The notes: generated by a model not told the origin, from the sequence alone. 64,000 bases of DNA from Rubripirellula sp. (GCA_965216875.1 OZ244207.1:7136001-7200000); one strand, 5' to 3'. Numbered from the stretch's first letter, positions 23,612 through 34,739 are shown. Made by a program: numbers and translations.

Positions 23612-23872
23612 GAAGGTGTGCAGAACTTCGCGATGTCGACCGGTTGTTAATCTGTGACGTTTATGACGGTCGCGTCGGCGCCCGATCTTCGACGAATCGG
23701 GTCAGGACGCGGAATTGATTGTGACGACCGGCCGGTTTGTGACGATTACACGGAAGTGAAATTGGGGATGTCCGCACCCAGTCTGTGTGGCATTCCGTTT
23801 CGACAGGCCCCGAACCATCCCTCATTCGGTGCCCTGTGGACCCAGACCCCTTCCGCGATTGAAGAGTCACCC

Positions 23873-24754
23873 TTGGCCGCATCTTTGAAGATCTTCTGTG
23901 GTGGTGAGACCGGACGCAGCCTGCGAGTGGGCAGCCGGTTGGACAAATACCGATTGCAACGTCGCCTTGGCGAGGGCGGCTTTGCGACCGTTTTTTCGGC
24001 GATTGATACGATCGAAGACCGCAAAGTGGCTTTGAAAGTTCCCGACTCGCGGTACGTCAACAACACGCAAAGTTTGGATGATGTCCAACGCGAAGTGCGG
24101 ATCATGGCACGACTGGATCATCCCAGCATCTTGCCGCTCAAGGACGCGCGTTTCATTGACGGTCATTTCGTGATGGTCTTTCCGCTCGGCGAGGAATCAC
24201 TTTCCGATCGGCTCTGTCGCCGTATGTCTCGCGCCACGGCGGTTGATTACGTGGTGCAAATGATCGCTTCGGTCGCCTCGGCACACCAGCAAAACGTCCT
24301 GCACCGCGACATCAAACCAGAAAACTTCATTCTGTTTCCCGACCAGGAAATCAAGCTGACCGACTTTGGTTTGGCTCGAATCGAACAGGGGATGCATGAC
24401 GTCTCGGCCTCGGGAACACTCGGTTACATGGCGCCCGAGCAGGCAATGGGCCGGCCCAGCTATCGAAGCGATGTCTTTTCGCTGGGTTTGGTCATCTATC
24501 GCATGCTCTCGGGTGAGATGCCCGAGTACCCGTTCCAGGCGCCGCTGCCAGGGTTCAACAAATTGCGCCGAGGTCTATCGACCGATTTGGTGGCGTTGAT
24601 TCGCAAAGCAATTGATCCCGTTCCCAGCAAACGGTTTCGCGATGCCGTGGCGATGAACAACGCGATGCAGAAGATTCGTTTCCCGTTGACCGATCGCAGT
24701 GTTTCACAGCGCGGCGTCACAGCAAACTCGCGCGTAACGCGGCGGGCGGCTTAA
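23873..24754 (+). CDS. Hanks-type Ser/Thr protein kinase, stand-alone and cytoplasmic
   Basis: LGEGGFATVF, VALK, HRDIKPEN, DFG, GTLGYMAPE, SDVFSLG; no TM segment. Start uncertain (TTG 23873; the ORF is open to 23654). Confidence 0.92.
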   Translation: MAASLKIFCGGETGRSLRVGSRLDKYRLQRRLGEGGFATVFSAIDTIEDRKVALKVPDSRYVNNTQSLDDVQREVRIMARLDHPSILPLKDARFIDGHFVMVFPLGEESLSDRLCRRMSRATAVDYVVQMIASVASAHQQNVLHRDIKPENFILFPDQEIKLTDFGLARIEQGMHDVSASGTLGYMAPEQAMGRPSYRSDVFSLGLVIYRMLSGEMPEYPFQAPLPGFNKLRRGLSTDLVALIRKAIDPVPSKRFRDAVAMNNAMQKIRFPLTDRSVSQRGVTANSRVTRRAA

Positions 24755-25037
24755 GGCGGGCTGCATAGAAAGACACTTTTAGACTGCCCGATCATGGCCC
24801 GGTGGGGGCTTGCTCTGCGCAATGCCTAGTCGTTAACGCGATCGCGACTGAAGAGTCGAATTCCCCCGGGCCTTTTGCGGTTTCGGCAGTGCCCGTGAAC
24901 CGCAGGCCGTCAGGCCCTTGCCGACGCGCGGTGAGTGTGAAGGCGATTGAGGCCCGGCCGCTTACGCGATCGCGGCTTCGTTGTGTGAACTTCGGCAGCG
25001 ATTTCTGCTGGTGGAAGCGCAATTGCAATCCGTAGCC

Positions 25038-26474
25038 CTAGTCCGCAGGGGCGATGATCTTTTTGACCAAGTTGTCGGCCGCTTGGATGACCGGCGCGAT
25101 GCCAACGCCATGCATGGCATTGTTGGTTAAATAGAGATCAGGCAGCTTGTCGATTTCGTCTTCAATCTTGGCGACGCGTGTTTTATGGCCAACGTGGTAC
25201 TGGGGCATGGCGTTGTTCCAGCGGACAACGCGTGAAACTTTCGGATCGCCGGAGAGTCCAATCAGGTCGGCCAGCTCGCGGCTTGCCAGCGCGATCAAGG
25301 CGTCATCGTCTTGTTTGAGCAATTCGGGCTGAAGCATGCCGCCGATGAAAACGCGTACGATCACATGATCATCCGGAGCGCGGCCCGCGAATTTGTTGCT
25401 GGCGAAACTGGCGGCAAGGATCTTGCGGTTTTCTTTGGGGGGAACCACAAAGCCAAACGTGTTGATGTCGGCTTTGATTTGGTCTCGGTGAACGACGAGA
25501 ACGGCAATCGCAGTCGAAGCTGCTTTGATCGATGCCAACGTTTCACTCCCGGCGGGACAAACATCGCCGAGTAGTTTTGCGGCAGCGGCGGGCGGGATGG
25601 CGACCACAACGTCGTCGAACGATTCGGTTTGGTCATTGACCGAGACCGTCCAGCCCGAATCGGTTTGTTCAAGCTGAGTGACATGCGAGTTGGTGCGGAT
25701 GCAGGTTTCGGGCAACTGCTCGCGGAGTGTCTTGATCAGTTCGATCATCCCACCGCGAAACGCGCGAAATTGTTCGTATCGTGCGCCACTGCTGTCGCGT
25801 TCGACGGCATCGAGTCCGTTTCGTCGTCGGGCGGCGGTCGCTTTGGCGAGTGATCCGTATTCTCGTTCCATCGCGGCCAACGGGCCCATGGTCGCTTCCA
25901 TGGAGAGTTGGTGGACATCGGCGGTGTAGATGCCGGCGACGAGAGGTCCCACGAGGTTGTCGAGTGTTTCGCGGCCGAGTCGCTTGGATACAAACTCGGC
26001 GACACTGATATCGGCGTGATTTCCTGAGGCGTCTTCTTGGCCGGTGACACGTCCAACGAACCGCTCTCGCAAGAAACGCAGCTTTCCTGCCCAGGAAAGG
26101 AGAGGTGTTGTGAGCAGTGGCCCGAGTTTTGTTGCCCGCATCAACACAAAGCCATCGGGGAGATCAACCAATTGGCCCTTGTGGACGATTCGAGCACCAC
26201 GCCCCGATTTCTTGGGCAAGATCAACTCATCCGCCACGCCGAGCTGTTTGAGGAAATCGAGTGCCGCCGGTGGTTTGGTGGCAAACATGTCGGCACCGCG
26301 ATCGATCAGAAAATCATCGACGCGGATCGTGTCGATCACACCACCGACGCGGTCGGAACCTTCGAGGATGGTGATCTGCCGATCCGGCGCGGCAAGGTGC
26401 AATTTGACGGCGGTTGCCAGCCCAGAGAGTCCGCCGCCAATAATCGCAGTGCGGCGAGTCGTTGGTTGGGTCAA
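25038..26474 (-). CDS. hemG: Protoporphyrinogen oxidase (HemY-type FAD oxidoreductase)
   Basis: IIGGGLSGL, RVGGVI, PLVAGIYT, FGFVVP, KFAGRAP, RWNNAMPQYHVGH. Confidence 0.92.
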   Translation of the reverse strand: MTQPTTRRTAIIGGGLSGLATAVKLHLAAPDRQITILEGSDRVGGVIDTIRVDDFLIDRGADMFATKPPAALDFLKQLGVADELILPKKSGRGARIVHKGQLVDLPDGFVLMRATKLGPLLTTPLLSWAGKLRFLRERFVGRVTGQEDASGNHADISVAEFVSKRLGRETLDNLVGPLVAGIYTADVHQLSMEATMGPLAAMEREYGSLAKATAARRRNGLDAVERDSSGARYEQFRAFRGGMIELIKTLREQLPETCIRTNSHVTQLEQTDSGWTVSVNDQTESFDDVVVAIPPAAAAKLLGDVCPAGSETLASIKAASTAIAVLVVHRDQIKADINTFGFVVPPKENRKILAASFASNKFAGRAPDDHVIVRVFIGGMLQPELLKQDDDALIALASRELADLIGLSGDPKVSRVVRWNNAMPQYHVGHKTRVAKIEDEIDKLPDLYLTNNAMHGVGIAPVIQAADNLVKKIIAPAD

Positions 26475-26565
26475 GGTTAGAACGTTTTAATCGAGAACGA
26501 CTTGGGACGACCTGATCAAGTCATTCAATCTTGCCAGGGATTCGGGCTTGGTGAAAGGAGGTCTG

Positions 26566-27876
26566 CTAGGGCTGCGACATTTCGCGCATCATTCGCTCTT
26601 GTTGTTTCATTTGTTCTTCGTAGTCCATGCCTTCTTCCATCATTTGGTCCTCGTAACTCGAGTCATACCCGGAACCGTAGCCCATGTTTCGGTTTCGGGA
26701 GCCGCCGATGGAGACGCCTAGGGCAGCAACCTGCTGTTCAAGGTTGGGAAGAACCGATGCCAATACGGTTTCGATTTGAGCGTGAAAGGTGGTTTCGTCC
26801 TGGGCGCTTTCAAAGGGCACCAAGAAGCCCGACGCCAAAGCAAAGCCGGCAAGTGCTGCGGTGGGGTTGTTCTCGTCCTGTTGAAGCTGGAGTTTGTTCT
26901 CGGCCACCTGATCCGACCACGATTTGGACATCTCTTCCGTCACCCAATAGCCATCGACGTTGACCAGCTTTAGCGTTTCAGTTGTTGTGCCCTGCGAAGC
27001 TTTGACTTCGGCGGTCTTGTCATCTTGTTTGACAACCGAAAAGACTCGCGAGTCCATGGGTGCGAATTGGTTGGCAGCGGCGATGTAGCCTGAGATGGCT
27101 GAATCACGTTCGGTAAGCCATTGTCCGAATTCCATTGTTTGCAGCTTTTGAAGATCCATCGCTTGTGGATCGAAGCCGTCACGAAGGATCCACGCCGCCG
27201 CCAAGGCAAGCTCTTTCACTTGCTCCATGTCCTCGGGATCCATTGCCTCGAACCTGGGGTGAGAGAAGAGCCAGTTCTGGCGCGTCAGGACCAAGTTGCC
27301 AACTTTGTGCATGAAGCCCGTCATCGCATTCCAGCCGGTCGGGTCGATTTTCGCCGCGGCGAGTTTGACGATTTCGTCGACATCTTTTCGGTAGCTCGGG
27401 GGCAACGCGTCATAAAGGACCACGAAGTGACCGGCCGCCAACTGGTCATCGATGTGCTCCATGAAAGCGTCGACCTTTGCGTTGGCAGGTGGTTTTTCGT
27501 ACGCCGCTGCTGCCGGTGGTTTGGGCAGCGGGTTTGGAGCGGGGGCTGCAGCGGCTTCGGCCTGGCCCGCAAGTTCTTCGACGCGGGTTTGGCGCTGAGT
27601 TTGCATTTTTTCCCACATCGCGCGCGCCTGGATTCGGCTCTCGGACCGCAGCGACGATAGTGGCACGGCGAATCGGCGAGCCCCATCCATTTCGAGAATG
27701 ACGCGGTCATCCCACATCCCCAACATCTTGGCCTCGATCGATTGATCGTTCAGGGCCGTCCAGGTCTCCGCATGGCAGGCGGTGCTTGAAGGGAGCAGCA
27801 ACGCCATGGCAACCAGAGGGATGAAAAAACGTGAAGCAACGGCAGCGACCGAAGCGAGGTTTGTCGGATGAATCAT
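26566..27876 (-). CDS. Secreted protein with N-terminal SHD1-like domain
   Basis: Signal peptide, then ETWTALNDQSIEAK...VPLSSLRSESR (SLA1-homology-domain pattern), a Pro/Ala linker and a Met/Glu-rich tail. Start uncertain. Confidence 0.7.
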   Translation of the reverse strand: MIHPTNLASVAAVASRFFIPLVAMALLLPSSTACHAETWTALNDQSIEAKMLGMWDDRVILEMDGARRFAVPLSSLRSESRIQARAMWEKMQTQRQTRVEELAGQAEAAAAPAPNPLPKPPAAAAYEKPPANAKVDAFMEHIDDQLAAGHFVVLYDALPPSYRKDVDEIVKLAAAKIDPTGWNAMTGFMHKVGNLVLTRQNWLFSHPRFEAMDPEDMEQVKELALAAAWILRDGFDPQAMDLQKLQTMEFGQWLTERDSAISGYIAAANQFAPMDSRVFSVVKQDDKTAEVKASQGTTTETLKLVNVDGYWVTEEMSKSWSDQVAENKLQLQQDENNPTAALAGFALASGFLVPFESAQDETTFHAQIETVLASVLPNLEQQVAALGVSIGGSRNRNMGYGSGYDSSYEDQMMEEGMDYEEQMKQQERMMREMSQP

Positions 27877-28204
27877 CTCGGCCCAATCGAGCGAGGGAGG
27901 TCTTGGGGTTGGAAACGGAATGGGCGCGTGCGGATCACCGGTTGGGTGAGAAAAAGTGAGGCCCTTGAGCACCACGCCTCCGTCGAGAAGTCATTATATT
28001 GAGAGAACGCGAAGAATGCGGCCCGAAAATTGGATCACGGGCCAACTGCTTTGCTGAAGGAGTAACGCTCGCAGATTGCGGGCAATTCACGGAAAAAGAA
28101 CACTGGGATCAAACGGTCACGACCGGAAATCACGGTGGTGCCCCAACCACAGGTGGGGCGGCCATGCAGACGCGGATACGGAGCCGGTTTAGCGGAGAGG
28201 CACC

Positions 28205-29161
28205 TTGAGTGAGACGATGGCTCTGGAAACCGAAGAGATTGGCCAGCTTCGGCAGCAGCATTACAACGCAACCATCGTGAAACGAATCGACGTTCATGAT
28301 GATTTGGCTCGGTTTCATATCCGCCCCGACAACCCTATCCCCGCTTTCGAGCCAGGGCAGTATGTCGCGATCGGGCTAGGCAATTGGGAGCCGCGTTTGG
28401 AGGGCACTCAGCCGGAAGAGGTGCCGGAAAAGAAACTTCGCAAACTCTCCCGCCGAGCCTATTCGATTTCTTGCCCGATGTTGGTTGACGGCGAATTGGC
28501 ACCCGTCGATTCAATCGACTACTTCGAGTTCTACATCACGCTTGTGCGACAAGCGAGTTCGCCAGACAAGAAGCCACCCGTGCTGACGCCGCGGCTTTTC
28601 AATCTCAAAGAGGGCGAACGCGTCGAAGTCCAACAGCGGATCACGGGCAAGTACACACTCGGTGACGTGCAAAGTGACGACACCGTTTTGATGTTGGGAA
28701 CCGGCACCGGTGAAGCGCCGCACAACGCGATGGTGACCAAACTGCTGGCCGAGGGACATCGCGGCAAGGTCGTCAACGTTACCAGCGTGCGCTTTAGCGC
28801 AGACCTCGCCTATGCGCGAGAGCACAAAACGTTGATGGAGAAATTTGACAACTACCGCTACCTGCCTTTCACCACTCGTGACCCCGTCAACCTCGACAAA
28901 GATCACCCCGAGTACGTGGGCAAACAGTACCTGCAGCAACTCTTTACATCGGGGCAGCTCGCCGAGGCGGCTGGTGACGAACTGTCGCCAAAGAACACAC
29001 ATGTCTTTCTGTGTGGCAACCCAGCGATGATTGGGTACGTGCCTCCGGGAGCCGATCCGCCATCTTCGCCAGGGATGTTGCCGCTGCTGGAAGAGGCTGG
29101 CTTTTCTAATGAGGCAGAGTGTCGCGGCGCGGGGTGTATTCGATTCGAGAAGTACTGGTGA
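28205..29161 (+). CDS. fpr: Ferredoxin--NADP+ reductase family protein
   Basis: FEPGQY, RRAYSI, LTPRLF, GTGTGEAP, FLCGNPAMI, C-terminal EKYW. Confidence 0.88.
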   Translation: MSETMALETEEIGQLRQQHYNATIVKRIDVHDDLARFHIRPDNPIPAFEPGQYVAIGLGNWEPRLEGTQPEEVPEKKLRKLSRRAYSISCPMLVDGELAPVDSIDYFEFYITLVRQASSPDKKPPVLTPRLFNLKEGERVEVQQRITGKYTLGDVQSDDTVLMLGTGTGEAPHNAMVTKLLAEGHRGKVVNVTSVRFSADLAYAREHKTLMEKFDNYRYLPFTTRDPVNLDKDHPEYVGKQYLQQLFTSGQLAEAAGDELSPKNTHVFLCGNPAMIGYVPPGADPPSSPGMLPLLEEAGFSNEAECRGAGCIRFEKYW

Positions 29162-29288
29162 AGTTGCTTGACAGCTATCGACAAGCGACGTGAACAAGCT
29201 ACAAACGGGCCTATTCACAAAAAGAACTACAAACCGTGTCACTCGTCGCCGTTGTTGTTGACGAGTCAGTTTGAAAGCCTGGTGTCAG

Positions 29289-30572
29289 ATGGACCTCTCC
29301 AAAACAATCGCTTTGATCCTCGGTGGCGGCCGCGGAACTCGTCTCTTTCCGCTTACCAAGATTCGCGCCAAGCCGGCCGTGCCGCTGGCAGCAAAGTATC
29401 GATTGATCGACATTCCGATCAGCAACTGCATCAACAGCGGCTTGAACCGCGCTTACGTGTTGACGCAATTCTTGTCCGAAAGCTTGCACCGTCACCTTCG
29501 TCAAACCTATCACTTCGACCACTTCAGTGGCGGTTTCGTCGAACTCCTTGCCGCCCAAGAAACCGTTGGCGAAGGCACCGATTGGTATCAGGGAACAGCC
29601 GATGCGGTGCGCAAGAACTTGGTGCATCTGGAAGAGAGCTGGATCGAGCATGTCCTGATTCTCTCAGGTGACCAGCTCTATCGAATGGATTTCCGCGACA
29701 TGATGCGGACTCACATCGAATCGGGCGCCGACGCAACGATCGCGGGAATTCCGGTCTCACGTAGCGACGCTTCGGCACTGGGCATCATGCAAGTTGATGA
29801 CTCGGGCCAAGTGCGTGGGTTCGTCGAAAAGCCTCAAACCGATGAAGAGATCGAATCGGTTCGCATGGAACCAAGTTGGATCGACGCTCGCGGAATCCCC
29901 AGCAAGGGTCGTGATTGCCTGGCCAGCATGGGCCTCTACATCTTCAACAAGTCGATGATGGTCGATTTGCTTCGCAGCACCGATCATCAAGACTTTGGCA
30001 AAGAGGTGTTCCCCGAAGCGATCAACTCGCACAAAGTCCAAGTCCACTTGTTTGATGGCTACTGGGAAGACATCGGAACGATCCGTGCTTTCTACGAAGC
30101 CAACTTGGGGCTTGCCGGTAAGACGCCTCCATTTGACATTCGTAACCCCGAAGCGCCGATCTACAGTCGCCCACGCTATTTGCCGCCAACGATCATGGGA
30201 GATGCGAAAGTATCCGGAAGCTTGATCGCGGATGGTTGCCGAATCGGCGAAAACGTGACGATCGAAAACAGCGTCATCGGCTTGCGCACCGTCATCGGTG
30301 ACAACGTAACGATTAAGGACAGCGTTGTGATGGGCGCCGACTACATCGAGGCCCCAAGCGATCTGGATGAAAACCAATTGCCGGTCGGCATCGGTGACAA
30401 CAGCGTTATCTGCGGAACGATTCTCGACAAGAACTGCCGCATCGGATCAGGCGTGAAGATCACCAACGCTGCTGGTCATGATCACCACGGCGAAGAAGGT
30501 GCATTGCAGGTTCGTGACGGCATTCCGATCGTGATCAAGAACGCACAAATCGAAAACGGGTTCGAGATGTAG
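29289..30572 (+). CDS. glgC: Glucose-1-phosphate adenylyltransferase
   Basis: [55 protein letters not shown]. Confidence 0.97.
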   Translation: MDLSKTIALILGGGRGTRLFPLTKIRAKPAVPLAAKYRLIDIPISNCINSGLNRAYVLTQFLSESLHRHLRQTYHFDHFSGGFVELLAAQETVGEGTDWYQGTADAVRKNLVHLEESWIEHVLILSGDQLYRMDFRDMMRTHIESGADATIAGIPVSRSDASALGIMQVDDSGQVRGFVEKPQTDEEIESVRMEPSWIDARGIPSKGRDCLASMGLYIFNKSMMVDLLRSTDHQDFGKEVFPEAINSHKVQVHLFDGYWEDIGTIRAFYEANLGLAGKTPPFDIRNPEAPIYSRPRYLPPTIMGDAKVSGSLIADGCRIGENVTIENSVIGLRTVIGDNVTIKDSVVMGADYIEAPSDLDENQLPVGIGDNSVICGTILDKNCRIGSGVKITNAAGHDHHGEEGALQVRDGIPIVIKNAQIENGFEM

Positions 30573-30576
30573 TGTG

Positions 30577-30732
30577 GTAGTGGACGAGGCTACGAGTCCT
30601 CGTCCGCTGCCGTTCGTCGCAGATGATTGTGGTTCGGGATTGAGGGACTCGTTGCCTCGTCCACTACGAGGATCAGGGACTCGTTGCCTCGTCCACTACG
30701 AAGATGGGGACTCGTTGCCTCGTCCACTACGA
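30577..30732. repeat. GTAG-type REP cluster (GTAGTGGACGAGGCWACGAGTCC): one forward and three reverse copies
   Basis: Forward copy 30577-30599; reverse copies at 30644, 30676 and 30707, separated by only 5-6 nt. Confidence 0.9.
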
Positions 30733-30746
30733 AGAGTTCGGCGCTT

Positions 30747-30923
30747 TTACATCAGAAAGCGGTTGACGGTCCAAGCGAGCGCGCCGACCAACATGATGGC
30801 GATCAGGTATTCGATGCACCGTGTCACCAACGAGGTGGTCACGAGATTGTTGTCGAGTTCGTTCGACGCGGTTTCAGCATCAGGATTGATGAGCGGCGTT
30901 TGATAAGGGTTTCGCTCGGACAT
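30747..30923 (-). CDS. 58-aa single-TM membrane protein with N-terminal NPYxxP motif
   Basis: Manual translation MSERNPYQTPLINPDAETASNELDNNLVTTSLVTRCIEYLIAIMLVGALAWTVNRFLM; AAGGA upstream of ATG; below the ORF-track length cutoff. Confidence 0.75.
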   Translation of the reverse strand: MSERNPYQTPLINPDAETASNELDNNLVTTSLVTRCIEYLIAIMLVGALAWTVNRFLM

Positions 30924-31028
30924 GACCGATCCCTTGGTTGAGAGCAGATCAGATAAGAAAAGAAACGCTTCGGTTCGGTGATAGTTTAGCCGCTGTTCTG
31001 ACTCGGGTGGGGCATGAAATCGCGTGAT

Positions 31029-34000
31029 CTACCGGCCCAATATCTTGTCGAGACCGCGGTTGAGCTGCTTTTGAAGGTAGTTCTCGGCCGTGTCCTGAAC
31101 CGCTTGCACGCCGAGCTGCGAAACGACTTGGCGGATGCCACGTGAGTCGAGGCGGGGGTTAGAGATCGTTCCGTCGATGGGCAGCGTGACGGGTTGTCCC
31201 GCCCATGCTTGCAAGTCGTTTCCGAGCCAGCGAGCATCGAGTGGGACAACGGCCACCATGTCCAATCGGCCTGACATCGAGACGCGTCCGCTGGTCACGA
31301 TTTGGGCTCGGTCGACCTCAAAGTAAAGGCGATCGTGTTGGACTTGGCCCGATGCGACGGAGAAGTCGACCGTCTGCGCTGGCATATTGATGAGCGTTCG
31401 GTTTCCGCCAGCTTGGGCGGCTTGCCCACCAGCTCCGAGAGCGAGCAGACTTTGCACGTCTTGAACGTTCGTGCGCCCAAGGGCTTTGATTTGGTCGATT
31501 CCGCCGATGATCTGGTTCGCCAGCGGGCCGGCTGACATCCGCGCGCCCTCGATGTTCAATCGCCCGGTCACACGGCTGAGTTCGGGTTGATCAAGGACCA
31601 CAATCGCTTCGTCAACATCGACGCTGAACGTCCCTTCGGTGTTGGTCGAATCGGCAAGCAGAGGGGCGAGGTACTTGAGCCAGCGGTTGGTCATGTCGGG
31701 AGTCAACCGCACGGATTGGGCGAGTCGACCTGGTTCGGCTCGGAACCAAACCGGTCCCGGTCGGTAGTGCACGTCGCCGGCGAGGTTGAGTTGGCCTTGG
31801 CCGACTGAGATCGCCGAAGGCGAAACGTTGACGGTCGTTTCCGTCATGCGAACGGGGATCGATGCGGGCCCCATGCGTACCCCTGCGACATCTGCGGCCT
31901 CCCAGCCCAGGTTGCCCAGGACCGAGAAGGCGACATGACCGTTTTTGCCGCGAACGGCGTTGATCTCGATGGGCGTCTGCTGGATGCCAGCAGCGTGAAT
32001 CTCAGTACCAACCAACCGGGTTAAGCGCGCCGCGACTTCGTCCATTTTCAGTTTGGCCGGACCGTTGACGTGCAACTGAATATCGACATCGTTCCAGGCG
32101 GCATGACCACTCAAACTCGTCGCCAACCAATCAGTTGCAATGTGAAATTCGTCAGCTGAGACGCGCGCTGAGTGAGTTGGACTCGGACGGACTTGAGGGG
32201 CGGACTGATGCTCTGTTGGTTGACTAGCGTCAAAGATCAGGTCGCCATCCAGCCGCAGGTTGGGCTCGTACCAGACGACGCGAGACGCACCCGTTGATCC
32301 GCCCCGCGAGGCTGGGATGGGACCAGTTGTCGATGCCGATGCGCTGGGCGGTTGGACCACAGCGATGTTCTTGCCGGTGGTCGATGTTTCGATCGTCAAG
32401 CGGTTGCCATTGCCCTTGAAGATGAGGTCGCCTTCGCAATCGCCCATCACCAGCCAATCGTTGGTTTGAACTTCGGCGCCGGGATGATAGCCAACTTGCC
32501 GTACACCGTTGTCGGGGCGACCAGCGACTTGTTTGCGAACGCTTCCCTGCAGCCGCTCAAGTTTTGCTTTCCAGTTGGCATGCAGGTCGATGTTGCGACG
32601 ATTCCAAGTTCCGCTTGCGGCCAGCGAGAAGGCTTCGCTGGCGACCGTCAGCGACCGTGAGGTCAGGTCAAGGTTGGGTAAGTCGAATTGGCCGTCAAAG
32701 AAGACCTTCACTTCGGGTTGGCTGTAGTGCCGTCCGTCGTACGCAACTCTTGGTGAGGTGAGATGAAGGGTGGCCGACTCGATTCGGGCCGACGCTGATG
32801 GAGCGGTTTGTGCTGTCGGTTTTGACGGCGATGCCCATAGCCCGCGCGCGTTGAGCTTGAATCCGCCTTCGGCGTCTTGAAGTTGGTTGGGAACCCAGGG
32901 GGCAAATGTCTGGGCAAGGACCTCGATTCGTCCTTCACCGGCGACTTGCAGCGGCATTGCCGCGCCTGAGGTTGGGTCTTTGACTGGCGAGGTCAGATCC
33001 GCTCGGATGTCCAGCCCGGTGCTCATCAGGTGAACGTTCGCCTCGCTCAACTCATCGAGTGTCCGACCACCCCAACGGCCCACGGCTTCGATCGATCCAC
33101 GAAGCGATGGCTGCTGAAGCGATTGTCCCGAGGGCATCGTGATCAACAAGTTGGATGCCTTGCCGCTGCCGGAAAGTTTCCAAAGCCCGCCGTTGGATGC
33201 ATTCCAACGAACGTTGCCCGTTGCCGTCCCAGCGAGACTGGAGTCGGAGACTTCGATGATCGGCCGAAGCATATTGGAGAGGCGACCAAAGTCGATATCA
33301 AAGGTTGCCGCTCCGCTGCGCAAGTCACCGTGACCCGATGCATTCGCAAAGGTACTCGTGCATTCAAATTGCTCGGCAACGACTTGGCCATCGAGCGTCG
33401 AAACAATGGCGTTGATTTCGATCGGGTCGATCACGACGTTGCGGCCATGGCTGCGTGCCCGTAATTCGTCGCTGTGAAGGATGAGTTGGTTTCGTTTACC
33501 TGTGCCGTTTGTGGGCAGAGATTGGACCTGGGCGGTGGCGCGTCCCGAAATCAGTTCGGCTCCATGGCGAAGCGGAATCAGGCCGGGCATGGCTTGGTCC
33601 ATCGCCGCAAGGTCGATCTCGGCCGAGGCGTTGCCGGTGACGGTGTCGAGCCAATGAATTGGGTTGGTTGAGGAACTCGTCAACGACACCGAACGGGCCA
33701 TCGACCCGTCAAGCGTGCCCGAAGCAAAGTCGGTCTTGGCTTGCAGCCGACGTCCAACAATGCGGTCACCGAGCAATGCCAGGTCGCCATCAATAATGGC
33801 AAGCTGGTTCGACCACACTCGCCCCGTGGCGTCGATTGCCGAAAAGGCTCGAACCTGAAAACCGCTCAGCGACGCTTCGACTGAGCCATCGACGCCACCA
33901 ACCAGTTTGACCGATCCAGTTGCATCGCCACGAATGGCCGTTGGCATCGTCGACTGGCCTTCCGGTTGCGACGCAGCCAGTCGGCGGGTCATCAGCGAAA

Positions 34001-34739
34001 AGACCGAAAGGGGCAATGACTCGCATTGCAAGTCGACATGCCATGGTGAAGCTTCGTCAACGCCAAGTTCGATTTCACCTTGGATCGAACCACCACTTCC
34101 CGTGGGCTCGGTGACGACCCCAGCAAGGGTTGCTTGGATGGCATCGACGCTCATCATGACGTCGATATTGGATTGTGTCAGTTGCCATTGCTGGCCGGTC
34201 TCGGCTTCGGCGATGGTGATCGCGATCTCTTGCAGCTCAATCTTGCCTGTCGTCGTCGAATCGTCCGTGCTCGGTTGATCGAGCAATTTGGCGAGATCAC
34301 TTTCGAGGCTGCAGACGCCATCGCGCATGACGCAATGCACTTGAATGTCTCGGACGATTGCCGAGCCAAGCTGTGAGGTGGACTTGGACAAGAGGTCCGT
34401 GACGGTCAGATCCATGTCGAGCTGGCCGATGGAGACGTCGCTTTCCCCCGATTCGCCCTTGATGCGGAGCCCGGTGATACGAAGCGGTGTCAGCCAACCG
34501 ATGCGCACCGAGTCGACCGATGTGTCGAGTCCGTAGTCGCCCGCGGCTTGTGTCAGCAGTGATCGACCAATCGACGAGTGGCTGACCAAGCTCGGCGCAG
34601 CAAGGACCAGCATTGCCAAGATCATGGCGATGATGCAGACATAGACGCGTCGCCGTTTCAAACGGTCAAGTCGACGTCGCCGCGTTTTTTCTTGTTGCGA
34701 TCGTTCAACTTGTTCGCGCAGGAATTCGTCTGTTGGCAC
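31029..34739 (-). CDS. Large N-terminally anchored beta-rich protein, AsmA/TamB-like
   Basis: 1236 aa; single TM followed by LAAPSLVS; repeated amphipathic beta strands; C-terminal LPIDGTISNPRLD plus amphipathic helix. Confidence 0.7.
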   Translation of the reverse strand: MPTDEFLREQVERSQQEKTRRRRLDRLKRRRVYVCIIAMILAMLVLAAPSLVSHSSIGRSLLTQAAGDYGLDTSVDSVRIGWLTPLRITGLRIKGESGESDVSIGQLDMDLTVTDLLSKSTSQLGSAIVRDIQVHCVMRDGVCSLESDLAKLLDQPSTDDSTTTGKIELQEIAITIAEAETGQQWQLTQSNIDVMMSVDAIQATLAGVVTEPTGSGGSIQGEIELGVDEASPWHVDLQCESLPLSVFSLMTRRLAASQPEGQSTMPTAIRGDATGSVKLVGGVDGSVEASLSGFQVRAFSAIDATGRVWSNQLAIIDGDLALLGDRIVGRRLQAKTDFASGTLDGSMARSVSLTSSSTNPIHWLDTVTGNASAEIDLAAMDQAMPGLIPLRHGAELISGRATAQVQSLPTNGTGKRNQLILHSDELRARSHGRNVVIDPIEINAIVSTLDGQVVAEQFECTSTFANASGHGDLRSGAATFDIDFGRLSNMLRPIIEVSDSSLAGTATGNVRWNASNGGLWKLSGSGKASNLLITMPSGQSLQQPSLRGSIEAVGRWGGRTLDELSEANVHLMSTGLDIRADLTSPVKDPTSGAAMPLQVAGEGRIEVLAQTFAPWVPNQLQDAEGGFKLNARGLWASPSKPTAQTAPSASARIESATLHLTSPRVAYDGRHYSQPEVKVFFDGQFDLPNLDLTSRSLTVASEAFSLAASGTWNRRNIDLHANWKAKLERLQGSVRKQVAGRPDNGVRQVGYHPGAEVQTNDWLVMGDCEGDLIFKGNGNRLTIETSTTGKNIAVVQPPSASASTTGPIPASRGGSTGASRVVWYEPNLRLDGDLIFDASQPTEHQSAPQVRPSPTHSARVSADEFHIATDWLATSLSGHAAWNDVDIQLHVNGPAKLKMDEVAARLTRLVGTEIHAAGIQQTPIEINAVRGKNGHVAFSVLGNLGWEAADVAGVRMGPASIPVRMTETTVNVSPSAISVGQGQLNLAGDVHYRPGPVWFRAEPGRLAQSVRLTPDMTNRWLKYLAPLLADSTNTEGTFSVDVDEAIVVLDQPELSRVTGRLNIEGARMSAGPLANQIIGGIDQIKALGRTNVQDVQSLLALGAGGQAAQAGGNRTLINMPAQTVDFSVASGQVQHDRLYFEVDRAQIVTSGRVSMSGRLDMVAVVPLDARWLGNDLQAWAGQPVTLPIDGTISNPRLDSRGIRQVVSQLGVQAVQDTAENYLQKQLNRGLDKILGR

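Noticed and set aside
30644..30732. Mini-CRISPR (three 26-bp direct repeats)
   Set aside because: The gaps are only 5-6 nt and an inverted copy lies upstream; this is a GTAG REP cluster.
30574..30941. Plus-strand ORFs with repeated DSLPRPLR; similarly ORFs at 14647-14922, 23421-23657 and 52497-52973
   Set aside because: These are translations of REP elements, not credible genes.
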